Source: Octopus bimaculoides | Taxonomy: Eukaryota | Length of the DNA stretch: 58,322 bases | Assembly: GCF_001194135.2 (NCBI RefSeq) | Contig: NC_068993.1 | Span: 49,327,239 to 49,385,560, forward strand | Direction of reading: 5' to 3' | Shown: positions 24,973 through 37,889 of the stretch, one piece after another | Layout of the letters: each line of letters begins with the position of its first letter | Numbering within the stretch: the first letter of the stretch is position 1 | The notes under the pieces: model-generated | The model's input: only the letters and a program-made list of their open reading frames with translations | What the model was told of the DNA's origin: nothing | Database searches by the model: none | Program-made: the position numbers and the translations under genes

Positions 24973-25884
24973 GTATTAAATAGTTAGAACAATATTATTA
25001 ATTAGATAAACCAATCTCCAGCATATTAGATTTCTTATGTTTCATTGGAACATTTTTTGTCTGGGGCACTCATTAATGCTGTAATTAACCATTGATCAAT
25101 GCAGCTTTGGTTAACATTTAGAAACACTGGTAAATTTAGTTTTACCCAAGCTACAATTGCTGAGCAGAATGGCTTAGTTCTTAAACTGTTCAAAGGCAAT
25201 ATTGCTCAAATGGTATCTACACAGATTATTTCTCAAACGATGGGAATGGGAATACACAGTGTTGATATTAGCTAGACAGGGAAAAGTTTGTAATTGGTGG
25301 TCACTATCAGTTATGCTTAGTCTCTGTAGGGATTTAATACAAAGGCTGTTTCATGGAACTGCTTGAGGTTAACCCATGGTTGAACAGCAACTAACTTAGT
25401 AACTTAGTACTCAGTGTCTATTGGATTTTTCTCAAAGTAAAATGGATGTTGTGATGATGTGTCCATTAGTAATTAATTGAGGTATCATGCAAGTGACTAA
25501 GTTTTTTTTTTTACCATACTCAAGTCAGAATTTGAACTGTTGAACAAAGTCTTGCAAATTTTATAACTTATCTATCCAATGCATGCATTTACTTTCAATT
25601 TATGGAGTCACGTATTCTTAGTAACCTTATTCTCGTAGCATATATCAATCAACTGTGAACCTGCTGATAAAATTAAAATAATGGTTTTTGAACAGATCTG
25701 TATAGTGGAATGCTGGAATGTGCTGTATTTTTTTTTATCAGAATTAAAGGGAATACTTTTATTGTGATTTTAGAACTTCGTATATGTTAACAAGATTATA
25801 AAGAGGATGTGGATTCAAGTTGGATAAACTTGGAGTAAGAACAGCTGTAAAACTAAGACAACTTGATACGAGTGAAAGGGGAAG

Positions 25885-26435
25885 CCTTGGTGCAGTCATT
25901 CAACTTGTTAGAAATAGCAGCCAAATTTTACTCAAATGACACCTTACTGCCAGTGAAAAGGATACATTAGATATGTAGTCTTGGATAACTCTGGAAAGAT
26001 GCCATGACTTATTAGAAAATCCACCAGACTAGACTAAATTAGTCAGAGCTAATGAGGGAGCCTGTTTGCAGTCGTTTGACCCTTTAGAAATAACAACTAA
26101 ATCTACCTTGAATTTACCTTCTGTCAGTAAAAATGAAGTGTAATCTAAGGTACTCCTAAACAGATGAAATGATCATGGTAGGAATACCTTTAATCATAAA
26201 TCTGTCAGTAAACAATGACTAACCTCATCTAATTTGGATTTTTTATAGACTAAGTTATGTTTGGTTAACCCTGGGTTAGTCCTAATCAAGCAGACCTGTT
26301 ATCAAAATGCATTCTAACCATGATCATCTCATATTGCATTCAGTGTGTGTATCTAGGATTACATTATCCTTTGTACCCAGTCTTTTTCTTTTATAAGATG
26401 GTGGGATGTTATTTGAGGGAAAATTGGTTGCTATG
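25885..26435. repeat. Cluster of family E copies: two tandem (+) copies and one inverted (-) copy
   Basis: GCAGTCATTCAACTTGTTAGAAATAGCAGCCAAA (about 25892) and GCAGTCGTTTGACCCTTTAGAAATAACAACTAAA (about 26068). An inverted copy at 26255-26435 shares GATGATCATGGT and TGTAATC modules. Confidence 0.65.
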
Positions 26436-26514
26436 ATGAACTTCTTAACGATTGTAAACTATGTCTGTTTTGATCACATAAACACACACTCACAACTCTT
26501 ACCTATTTGTCTTT

Positions 26515-26754
26515 TATCTTTTACCTGTTTCAGTCATTAGACTGCAGCCATGCTAAAACACTGCCTCGAAGAACTTTTGGTCAAATGAATTGACCCCAGT
26601 ACTTATCTTATCCTTTTGTTAAGCTTGGTACTTATTCTATCAGTCTCTTTTGCCAAACTGCTAAGTTATGGGGATGTAAACACACCAACACTGGCTGTCA
26701 GGCACTACTGAGGGGACAAACACAGACACAAAGACACATACATATATACATATA

Positions 26755-26760
<6 letters not shown>
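26515..26760 (-). mobile_element. SINE family B copy (3' part)
   Basis: TGTTTCAGTCATTAGACTGCAGCCATGCT..GACCCCAGTACTTAT..GCTAAGTTATGGGGATGTAAACACACC, colinear with 40722-40920. Confidence 0.8.
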
Positions 26761-26795
<35 letters not shown>

Positions 26796-27101
26796 NNNNN
26801 NNNNNNNNNNNNNNNNNNNNNNNNNNNNNNNNNNNNNNNNNNNNNNNNNNNNNNNNNNNNNNNNNNNNNNNNNNNNNNNNNNNNNNNNNNNNNNNNNNNN
26901 NNNNNNNNNNNNNNNNNNNNNNNNNNNNNNNNNNNNNNNNNNNNNNNNNNNNNNNNNNNNNNNNNNNNNNNNNNNNNNNNNNNNNNNNNNNNNNNNNNNN
27001 NNNNNNNNNNNNNNNNNNNNNNNNNNNNNNNNNNNNNNNNNNNNNNNNNNNNNNNNNNNNNNNNNNNNNTATATATATATACACACAATCAATATATATA
27101 T

Positions 27102-27207
27102 CAGACTGGAGCCTGGTGTTGCCATCCGGTTTCACCAGTCCTCAGTCAAATCGTCCAACCCATGCTAGCATGGAAAGCGGACGTTAAACGATGATGATGA
27201 TGATGAT
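27102..27207 (+). mobile_element. (GAT)n-tailed non-autonomous retroelement family D, 3' part
   Basis: CAGTCCTCAGTCAAATCGTCCAACCCATGCTAGCATGGAAAGCGGACGTTAAACGATGATGATG, near-identical to 48790-48868. Confidence 0.88.
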
Positions 27208-27222
27208 ATATATACACAATCA

Positions 27223-27257
<35 letters not shown>

Positions 27258-27422
27258 CACACAATCAATATATATATATATATATACACAATCAATATAT
27301 GAGTATATGCATATATATGTACATGTATGTACATACCTTCATCTACATGTACATATAGATACATATCTAGGTACATGACGTTGCAAAAAAACATAGACAA
27401 AATGAATTATCAAATTTAATTA

Positions 27423-27494
<72 letters not shown>

Positions 27495-27496
<2 letters not shown>

Positions 27497-27650
27497 ACAG
27501 GCTTCTTTCAGTTTTCATTTACCAAAGCTTTGGTTAGCCTGAAACTATGGTAGAAGACATAACAATTGCCCAAGGTGTCACACAGTGGGACTGAATCAGG
27601 AACCATGTGGTCGGGAAGCAAGTTTCTTAACTACACTGCCACGCCTGTGT
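27495..27650 (-). mobile_element. SINE family B copy (5' part)
   Basis: GGCTTCTTTCAGTTTTC..GCCCAAGGTGTCACACAGTGGGACTGAA..ACCATGTGG. Confidence 0.8.
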
Positions 27651-27949
27651 CTATCTATCTATCTATCTATCCTCCATAAATGTGTGTATTTATATATGGC
27701 TTGATTTCTGCTCTGATTCTTTGCTGAAACAAAAGAAATCTTCAATTTTGCAATGTCATTCATTGTACTCTTCATCATCTAGGTCATGTTTTTCTGCTAA
27801 CCTTTTCCCTGCTGTTAGGACTATTAATTGTTTCAGATGTATTTGTAAATATAACTAAAAATCAGACACCCTATTGTTTCTGCCTGCTGTACAATCTCAC
27901 AATATCTCTTTTATACTCTTTCTCACATGCAAATTATTACACTTGCTGC

Positions 27950-28450
27950 CATTTTTTCTATTTTTTATTTTTTTTATTTGACATGTGACACGAACAAATC
28001 TTGCTATTTCTCTCTTCCATTTTCCCCTGCCATTTCTCTTGCACTCTCTTCTCATTTCTTTCGTACTCTGTTTCTTTCCTCTTGTCTCTCTTCTTCTCTC
28101 TCTCATTTTTAGTTTATCTCTTCCTCAATCTCCTTCCTTTTACTTCCTCTCTCTTTTTCTTTCTCTCTCAATTTCTTTTCCTACTTCTTGCTTTCCTTTC
28201 TTCTTTCTCTGTCTTTCATATATTTTTTCAAATTTTTCTCCTATTTCTCTCCTTTGTCGTCTTTTCAATTCACTTTTCTTCATCTGTCTCATCTCTCTCT
28301 TTATTCTCTTATCTTTTTCTTTCTCTCTCACTTTCTCTTCATATTCTCCATCTCTTTCTTCCCTCTCCATCCCTTCTCATCTATCTTTCTACTTATGCCA
28401 CCCCACATCTATTTCGCTTGTATCTTCTACCCCACCATCTGTCTCTCACA
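27950..28450. repeat. CT-rich low-complexity tract
   Basis: Near-pure pyrimidines. It explains the Leu/Ser/Phe and Glu/Arg/Lys ORFs. Confidence 0.85.
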
Positions 28451-29124
28451 TATTCATATAATGATAATGCTATTGTATTATTACATAAGAAATTCTCTCC
28501 CTGGTTCTGTAGCTGTAATGAAATATGCTTTGGCTTAGCCGAGTGAAAGTATTTACTTAAAAACTATTTTCCATGTTTATGCAAGAATCTATCTCCATTC
28601 ATTCTTCAGTATGTATTCCCAATTGTCTTGACTTAGAAGGGTGGATGGTAGTGGGCAGTTCATCTATGAAACATGATGGATGGGCATTGAAGTGATTTTG
28701 CTGTTGTCAAAGCTTCAATGAAGCTTTTCTTATAAATTTCTCTGTTCAAGAAACAGTCTTAGAATATTCATTTGTTTGCTAAGCAGTTCTAACTGCAACC
28801 ATAAGAAACTGTCCCAGTTGCAAAAAGTTTTTAAGTGGTTCTTGACAATTTTCTCTTGTCCCTTTTGAGAAATGACTTAGCAAGTGTCTTTGCTTTCTAT
28901 AAATCTCAATCTAGATGTTCTTAGCGTATATGTAAATACACACACACACATATACATATATATATATATATATCTGTGTGTGCGTGGGCATGAATGCATG
29001 TATATATATATATATTTATATGCATATCAAATATATATATATATATATGTGCATACGAAATATGTGTGCATATAAAATATATATGTGCACGTGAAAACAT
29101 ATGCATATAAATATACATATATGC

Positions 29125-29172
<48 letters not shown>

Positions 29173-29848
29173 NNNNNNNNNNNNNNNNNNNNNNNNNNNN
29201 NNNNNNNNNNNNNNNNNNNNNNNNNNNNNNNNNNNNNNNNNNNNNNNNNNNNNNNNNNNNNNNNNNNNNNNNNNNNNNNNNNNNNNNNNNNNNNNNNNNN
29301 NNNNNNNNNNNNNNNNNNNNNNNNNNNNNNNNNNNNNNNNNNNNNNNNNNNNNNNNNNNNNNNNNNNNNNNNNNNNNNNNNNNNNNNNNNNNNNNNNNNN
29401 NNNNNNNNNNNNNNNNNNNNNNNNNNNNNNNNNNNNNNNNNNNNNNNNNNNNNNNNNNNNNNNNNNNNNNNNNNNNNNNNNNNNNNNNNNNNNNNNNNNN
29501 NNNNNNNNNNNNNNNNNNNNNNNNNNNNNNNNNNNNNNNNNNNNNNNNNNNNNNNNNNNNNNNNNNNNNNNNNNNNNNNNNNNNNNNNNNNNNNNNNNNN
29601 NNNNNNNNNNNNNNNNNNNNNNNNNNNNNNNNNNNNNNNNNNNNNNNNNNNNNNNNNNNNNNNNNNNNNNNNNNNNNNNNNNNNNNNNNNNNNNNNNNNN
29701 NNNNNNNNNNNNNNNNNNNNNNNNNNNNNNNNNNNNNNNNNNNNNNNNNNNNNNNNNNNNNNNNNNNNNNNNNNNNNNNNNNNNNNNNNNNNNNNNNNNN
29801 NNNNNNNNNNNNNNNNNNNNNNNNNNNNNNNNNNNNNNNNNNNNNNNN

Positions 29849-30040
29849 TTAATGTCCATTTTCCATTCTGGCATGGGTTAGACGGTTTAACTGAGGACTG
29901 GCAAGCCACAAGGCTGCATCAGGCTCCAATCTGACCTGGCAATTTCCTACAGCTGGATGCCCTTCCTAACGCCAACCACTCCAAGAGTGTAGTGGGTGCT
30001 TTTTACATGCCACCGGCACAGGAACCAGTCAAGCGGACCT
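29849..30040 (-). mobile_element. Family D copy
   Basis: TTTCCATTCTGGCATGGGTTAGACG..CTACAGCTGGATGCCCTTCCTAACGCCAACCACTCC. Confidence 0.85.
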
Positions 30041-31211
30041 GTCATAATATACATCCACACACACACATGCTATTTTCATTGCTTTACATTTGGTTTACAG
30101 CCGGGTATGGGTTTGATGAGTTGCCAAGTCTGACTCAGTACATATCTGGAGGTACTGCTCACCTAAATGGGGTGGATTCTATGGCTTGATACTCCTTTTT
30201 GTGGCACTACCACAAAAGAGGCTGCAATGACTTCAACTAGGCTGGAGAGACATCTCAATCCCACGCTTTACAGAGTATACTGAATATGTTTTTTATAGCA
30301 CCAGCACTAGAGTGATGTTTATTCCTCACCACAACCAAAGAGTCCTTTCAACTCCATGTCCTTGCTTGCATGTCTTCAACTTTACAGAATGAAAGGTATG
30401 GGTGATGAAGCTTGAATGAAAATGATAGGAGGTAAGAAAAAAATATTTGATAGAAGTACAAGTGATAGTGGTACATTCAAGGCAGCATGACCAAGTGGTT
30501 ACAATTATTACAGAAGGCACTGTGACCAATGAAATAGAGCAATGGCAGGGGGATAAACAGGATGTGTGGTTGGAGAGGAACAAGAATGTGGTGGTTGATA
30601 TCTTAGCTATCCTTCTGAATTTTAATCCATTGTAATCCCTGGAAATACTTGTTAGGAAATTAAAGTCAAAGTAGGCACTTTGAAACAAAATCCATACTAC
30701 ACTCATTCTGAAGTTAGATCCAATGTAAATTATATTAGAAGTTCTCAAGAAGGATTTTGCCACAATTTGTGTTAAGATTCAAACTACTAGCATCATCACT
30801 ATCACTCTTCTTGTTCTCTGTCACTCTTTTTATATGTGTGTTCCTCAGTCTTTGTCACTCTTTATTCCACTATACTAGAGAGGTACAGAGAAACCAAGAC
30901 AGGCAGAAAAATTAAAAGAAAGACTGAAGGAGGAAGAAAAAACAAAGTTTAACATTACACAAATGGACTGCTACTATCATCATTATCACTCTTCTTTCTG
31001 TCTCTCTTTTTATGTGTCTCTCAATCTCTGTCTCTATTCCACTATTTGAGCGAAAGAGAGAGAGAGAAACAAACAGACAGACAGACAGAGACGTTTGTGG
31101 TTATTGCTCTGTTTTGACTTACTTGACTGAGGTTTCAGGAAGATTTGGTTTCTTCTGTGTTTGTATTTTGCTATCTGCAAAGTAAAGCCTCTCATCGTTT
31201 GTAGAATATAT

Positions 31212-31212
<1 letters not shown>

Positions 31213-31281
<69 letters not shown>
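31213..31281. repeat. (CA)n microsatellite
   Basis: Seen directly; one of many, e.g. 73-136 and 13951-14000. Confidence 0.95.
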
Positions 31282-31286
<5 letters not shown>

Positions 31287-31694
31287 ACTAATGTTTTTCT
31301 GTCAAATTTTATTTCATATAGTATATTATGAGTTGCAGTGGCTCCTTGTAAATGCATTGTCATTTGATGAGAAAATGTCATACATGTATGTCTGATGTAA
31401 CAATTTAAGTTTTCATCCATTAAGAAGCTTTAAATATGGAAATCTTATGTGCAAAACAAATATTAGATAATAATGGGTACCTTTATTTATTGATAGTCAA
31501 GGCCAAGAAGAAATTCATGTACAACAGATGCAGCATGCACAAAAATACATAAACTGCACATATTGTACACTATGAGAAGTAAATGCACTCTGATCATAAA
31601 ATAGATAAATATGTTATTAAACACTCATAAAACAAGATACATGTATCACACCTAACCACAAACTCCCAATTAGAATATAATACTATAAGCCTTT

Positions 31695-31906
31695 TTACTA
31701 AAGGTACAAAGCCTTAAATTTTGGTGGGAGGGGACTAGTTGATTACATCAATCCCCAGAGTGTAACTGGTACTTATTATATTGACCCCTAAAAGTATAAA
31801 AGGCAAAGTTAACCTTGGCAAAATTTGAACTCGGAACATAGCAATGGCCGAAATACTGCTGAGCATTTTGTCTTGTGCGCTAACAATTCTGCCAGCTCAC
31901 CACCTT
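31695..31906 (-). mobile_element. SINE family A copy, CpG-decayed
   Basis: Colinear with 6085-6280 (..AAAGGCAAAGTTAACCTTGGCAAAATTTGAACTC..TTCTGCCAGCTCACCACC). Confidence 0.82.
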
Positions 31907-32726
31907 ATATAATATATTACTAGAATACCAAAATGAAATATTTCTTCATTAACATGAAACCACAAATTAGCAAACCTCAGAACGCACTTCAGATGACCAA
32001 TGTAATATGCAAATTCTGTTGTACCACACACAAGTGCTGCATTTCGGTGTACACTAACCATTTGTATACAAAGAGCCATTCACTTCAACTCATTATAATA
32101 ATACTGTACATGAAATAAAATTACACTGAAAAATAATTAGTTGACAGCAATACATAATGTAGATTTCTACAAAAAATTTGAATAACCTCTGAGCTTCATT
32201 AATAACTTAATACGAACCAAAAATGGGAGCACAGACAGGTTACATGTGAAGCAAATCATGAAATCTACTTGGACTTTATTATTGCATAATTTTTAAATCT
32301 GACATCAGCAATTTTATCATTTGTAACAGTATTCCCATGATTCTTTGTGACCTACTTCAAGGCATGCAAACAATATGCCATTATTGCCATTATTGCATTC
32401 TGATGATGAGGCCAAGATCATGAAACATTGATGAACAAATGGATTTAGGGAACACTACTTTCCCAAACTAAGCAACGGACTAATAAGGAGATATAAAAAT
32501 CCTTAATAAAAAGGAGCAGACTTGAACATAGTTCTGTCTTTAATATAACATGTTTCACATGTACGCACGCACGCACACACACACATGTGCATGTATGTAC
32601 AAGCTTCACAAACATATTTACAGTTTCTGAATATATTAAGCTACAAATTCCCAAACCAGCTTTCTCAGCACATATATTAGCATATATCCATAATTTCTTT
32701 CAATCACATAGCCATACATGTTGTGT

Positions 32727-32763
<37 letters not shown>

Positions 32764-32783
32764 GACACGAACTTTCACTTTCT

Positions 32784-32831
<48 letters not shown>

Positions 32832-33007
32832 TCACACACANNNNNNNNNNNNNNNNNNNNNNNNNNNNNNNNNNNNNNNNNNNNNNNNNNNNNNNNNNNN
32901 NNNNNNNNNNNNNNNNNNNNNNNNNNNNNNNNNNNNNNNNNNNNNNNNNNNNNNNNNNNNNNNNNNNNNNNNNNNNNNNNNNNNNNNNNNNNNNNNNNNN
33001 NNNNNNN

Positions 33008-33061
<54 letters not shown>

Positions 33062-33589
33062 TCACACACACACACACTTTCAACTCTCCAACTCTATTTA
33101 GCAAACTCGGTTAAGGTGAGACAATCTGATGATTTTAAGATGTCTAAAGCTTATATGACAGTGTGTGGTGGAGTAGCGTATACGTTAGACTTCAGTGAAC
33201 CAGATTTCATCTGGAAAGGTCTACTTGTTAATCAATCATTTCACTGACATTTTCCCCCATTAATCCTTTACACTGTTTGCTCTTCATTTCTGCCATTCTA
33301 CACCCTCTCTAGTAGATGTGTGATGGGGATGGGGAGGTTACCTTTTGCCTGGCATTTTCACTTTTGTGACAAAAATCAATAGAGCAACTTATTGATCAAG
33401 GAATACCTGAACAGTTTTCTTTCTGGTAAACTGTCTTGTGGTAAATATTTCAAATTAAGTTAGAAATATTAAGAGTATTACAGCAATTTCACTTCTAAAA
33501 TAACAGAATTACATTTTTCTTACTTACGTTGATTTGAAAACTTGTGCTAAAGGGCAGCTGACATGATTATTTTTTTTTCTCAAAATTGA

Positions 33590-33770
33590 GGCTAATCTTG
33601 TTTCACCCCATATCAGGCTTAGTAAACAGGCATTTACCATTTGTATTTTGTTTTAGACATAGTGTAAGTAGGACTGTTAAAATTTCATGCATATTCTGAT
33701 TTTATTTGCTGAATGGCAAGGTAGGATTAGAAGGTGATTTGGCTGCTATATCTGACAAGTGGAGTACTTG
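33590..33770 (-). repeat. Family E copy
   Basis: GAAGGTGATTTGGCTGCTATATCTGACAAGT is the reverse complement of the family core. Confidence 0.55.
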
Positions 33771-33793
33771 CTTGTAAGTGGTCCGGATGGTTT

Positions 33794-33883
33794 GAGCCAG
33801 TTCCGGTGGGTCGAGCCAGCTCTGGTGGGTTGAGCCAGATCCAGTGGGTTGAGATGGCTCCAGTAGGTTGAGCTGGTTCCAAC
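33794..33883. repeat. GC-rich 19-bp minisatellite, about 5 units
   Basis: GAGCCAGTTCCGGTGGGTC / GAGCCAGCTCTGGTGGGTT / GAGCCAGATCCAGTGGGTT / GAGATGGCTCCAGTAGGTT / GAGCTGGTTCCAAC. Confidence 0.9.
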
Positions 33884-35543
33884 AAATGAGTCATGTTTGG
33901 TGTTTTGGTGGGAATATAAGTTCACACATGGCTCCTGGTCTCAAGCATACACACTTTGGGATAGCATGATCCATAGCAGCTCATCTTTGCCATTGATTAT
34001 TGACCATTGCAGAGTATTTGCTGACCAAGTCACTGCCAATTATCGGAGCAGACACAGCCTGGATTTGAAGCTAAGGGGTGCCTCACTCTCAGTGGTCTTC
34101 CAGCATGCAAGGCACCGACTCGGAATTTCTAAGGGCCTATACTAAACAGGTTGAGTGATCACATAGAAGTATCTATATCATGTGGTATAGTAATAAATTT
34201 ACAATTTTTTAATTTTTTATTTCATATAGCACTACTCATGAAGAAAGTCACAGAACTGTCTTAACTGTTTTTACTGAAAAGGTTTTGTGATGGCAGCACA
34301 AGCACATGTAGTTACTTAGTTTTTTTGTTTTTTTTTTAGTTTTTAATATCATTCAATGTAGTTCTGAAATAATGTGTATGTCACAGTCTGGGATAAAAAG
34401 ATGGAAACTGAGCAGAATCTATTGCTTGTGTATTCATTAAAAGTACTAACTTCATTTTGTATATCAAGGTGCCATTCAGCCTAATGCAACCCTGGAAAGA
34501 GAGCATACACTGCAGTTCAGGATAATAATTTACCAATGTAATATACACTTAGATTCTGTACCGTTACCATATCTTTCTGTATTGATTCCTCAAAACTACA
34601 TTTTTCCCCAACCACCCCCTCCAGGATGTCAACCCCCTGTAATTCTCTCCTTGTCAATAGTTCTCATACATGTGTCAATGTATAGATATTCAGATGGATC
34701 ATCAGCCATTGAGATCTTATCAATATTGGAAGGCTTGCATAGACTATAGGCCCTTAATGCTAAAAAGTGACAAGAATTATTGACTCATCTACTGGTAACT
34801 TACACTCAATCGTCTATCACTCCAGTACCTTGTTAGGCTTAGAGTAGATACCACTTATGGCATGTACAATGTCACAACTGCATATTATCATCCTCTTCAA
34901 CATTTTTTTTTTTCTGTCAAAATAAAATAAAAACTTGCAATGTGCTAAGAACAAGGGATAATTTGGTAAAAAAAAGATAAGACATTAGTAGCTTGTTAAT
35001 ATTCAGAAATAGTCATTTCTTTTGCTTCTGTGTTTAGAGAATGACATTTTTGTTGCTTCCTGCCATTGGGTTTAAATTTTCTTTAGCTTTTTTTTTTTTT
35101 TTTCTTTCTCTAAAAATTCTATATTAACATGCCACTTAGTCTCTGTAAAATTACTGCCACACAATATGTTGCATGGTCCACAAGGTGGTTGATAAGGTTG
35201 TCCAATCATGAGGGGATGGTTTTTCTTTTTCTTTTTCTTTTTTTTTTTTTGTTTTATTTCCAAAGTTGATAGAACCTCTCTATCACTTAGCAACCAACTG
35301 GGTTTCCCATTCATTATTCAGCATTACTAAATTCCCTGTTTCTTTATTGGTCGACAAAGTCATGAATAATTTGAACTCGGAGCCTCCGTGTATTCAAGTT
35401 GTTCAACTGAGGTGACCTATCTACTTAGTTGCTATTTTCTCAACCAGTTCTATTAATATATTATGTCTTTCATATTTCATCTCTTTCTCTCTCTCTCTGC
35501 CTTTTTAAAATTTTTTTTCCCTTCTTAAAGTTCCTTTATTTCT

Positions 35544-35619
35544 CACTAATTTTTTTTATATTTTCTTTTTCTTTTTAGGTAAGTATCTTCTGAGTTGAAT
35601 TAGCTGTTGAGTGGTAAGT
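35544..35619 (+). promoter_or_regulatory. Candidate recursive splice site (ratchet point) with a 35-nt cryptic exon
   Basis: CACTAAT (35544-50), an AG-free T/C-rich tract, TAG|GTAAGT (junction 35578/35579), then GTG|GTAAGT (35613/35614). Confidence 0.4.
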
Positions 35620-37842
35620 CCTCTTCTCAAGATTTGCTTTCATCTTTTGTTTGTTTCTTATTAGTTATTTATTTATTTTTTTTTTTAACCAGGTAAAATT
35701 TCTAAGTTTTCATAGAATTAATTCACATGTTATGGCTGTAGGGTTTTTCACTGATAGTGTTTCTCTGACTATTGTCCTGTGATAATAGAAATTCAGGAAG
35801 CCATTTTGGTAATTTTAGATGTGGAAAAAGCTTATCAATTGTACTTATCTTTTTATATAACACCCTAAAATGGAAAATTTGTGCACATATGTGCATATGT
35901 GTTTTCAAATGGTTTTGGTGTGTGTGTTTGTGTGTGTATTTAAGGAACAGCTTTGTTATCGTACATGAATGCTAGCTGCACTGAAAAGGTAATTTATTTT
36001 ATATTCTGTGTACCTTATTTTCCATCTTTTTTCGTGGCTGTTGAAGAATTTACTTTCTGTATGCTTTTTTCTCCCACTTTTATTTCTTTCGAGAGAGATA
36101 AGTTGGCTTTCTCTTGACTCCTTCAAGGAAGTCTTTTAAAGTTGAAGGTCCCTCTGTGAATATTATAGCAATGTTGCTGTAATTAACAAAACCACTCTTG
36201 GGAAATCTTCCTTATCCAAAACAATCTTGTGCTATGCTATATTTATCTTTCTTTTGCTTTTACTGTAAGCATATTATGTCTTAGTATCTATGCGTGCGTG
36301 CGTGCGTGCGTGTGTGTGTGTGTTTATATGCTGTGACAGAATGACTTTAATAATTCTTAATCCGGAACCATTTCTCCTACATTTTTTTTTCTTTTAAAAC
36401 ATACTCCTGTTGATTCCAATCATGCTTCTGATATTGCTGATGCTGTTCAATATAATGATAATAATAATAATTGTTGTTGTTGCTGTTGATAATGTAGTTT
36501 CTAATTTTGAAGAATACACTTCACCTCACAATTACCGTTGTCTTAGAGAAAGCAGGCAAGGTGACATGAAGGTAGGTGGGTGTGGGGTGGGGGAGAAGGT
36601 TGCTTCATTTTAATTCCCTTTGCTATTTCTGAAGACTTAAGTAATATGAGTATCGACACTAGTTTGCTAGCTACTTAAGACTGACTAATTAGCTAGTAGA
36701 AGTAATCTTGCATCCACCTTCTCATATTCCAGCATGTAAAAGAAAAGAAAAGTAAAACCAAAAAATAAGTAAATAAATAACAAAACACAAACCAATGAAA
36801 AAGAAAACAATACCTGTCATCATCACCATCACTATCATCATCTTTATCACTACCAGCATCATCATTATTGTCATCACCACTATCCTCATCATCAGCATTA
36901 TCATCACTATTACTTGACATAGAACTAATCAGCTTGTTTCCGATGGCTGTACTGATATCTCACTATCAGGCATTTATTGCCCATTCACAAGTGGTTGCTA
37001 TATTAATGTCTGTAAATCACCCAGCTTGCTGGTTCATCCTGTTGCTCTTTGTTACTAGAGATTCTAAGATCTTAGAAAAGCAATCAATGATTAATTTTCT
37101 TTCTTTCTCGTTCATCTTTACTTTCTTGTAACTTCTTGTTTTTTTTTTCTTTCTTATTCTCTTTTTTGTTTACTACTTTTTTTTTTTTTACTTGATCATC
37201 TAAGTACATATATCTATTGATGTTGTGACAACAGCAACCACAACTACAGCAGCAGTGGCCTAATAGTACAAGTAGTATTATAAACAGTGTTACTCTCTTT
37301 CTCATATATATATATATATATAACAATCTCATTGTGTGTGTCAATTAAAAGCAATATTAAGTGAAAGAGAATTCAATGCTAATTAGCAGAGTATTACATA
37401 TTTTAATTAATAACTGGGTTATTGTCTTCACATCACAACCATTAGTTTTGCCCTCACATGGCTTATCAGGTAATGTGGCATATGGTCTATTAAACTACCT
37501 TCATTGATTATATAGGAATGACTACTAATTAATTCAGAAATGGAAACTATCAATATAATTGTGTATTTAGGATGTTGCAAAGAAAATCTGAAGCAAAACA
37601 AGTAAGTTTTTTTTAAAGACAATAACCCAAATATTAAACTCTCAGATAAAGCTTCAATTTGTACATGATGCATTCTCTAGTCTTTCTCTCTCTAAGAAAA
37701 GCTATCAGTCCTTGAGCAGTAAGTAAAAAAAACAAACCATTGAATGATCACACAGACTTCATTTCTTTTGGCTCTGACATGTGCAAATATTTCCTAAAAT
37801 GCCATGATGATACTGACAATGATGATACCAGTGGCTACTTTC

Positions 37843-37889
37843 TGGTACTGAAATCTTCAAAATATGAGGTTTTGAAGATTTCAGTACCA
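37843..37889. repeat. Perfect 20-bp inverted repeat with a 7-nt loop
   Basis: TGGTACTGAAATCTTCAAAA (37843-62) TATGAGG TTTTGAAGATTTCAGTACCA (37870-89). Confidence 0.95.

Noticed and set aside
27110-27150. Hammerhead-like CUGAGGA-CUGGU-GAAAC in family D (minus strand)
   Set aside because: Stem II cannot form and there is no properly placed NUH triplet or stem III.
30096-30146. 51-nt symmetric exon candidate (GYGFDELPSLTQYISG)
   Set aside because: Weak donor (GTACTG), no partner exons and no recognised homology.
30326-30763. 145-aa minus ORF or LINE endonuclease relic
   Set aside because: No convincing catalytic motif in any frame.
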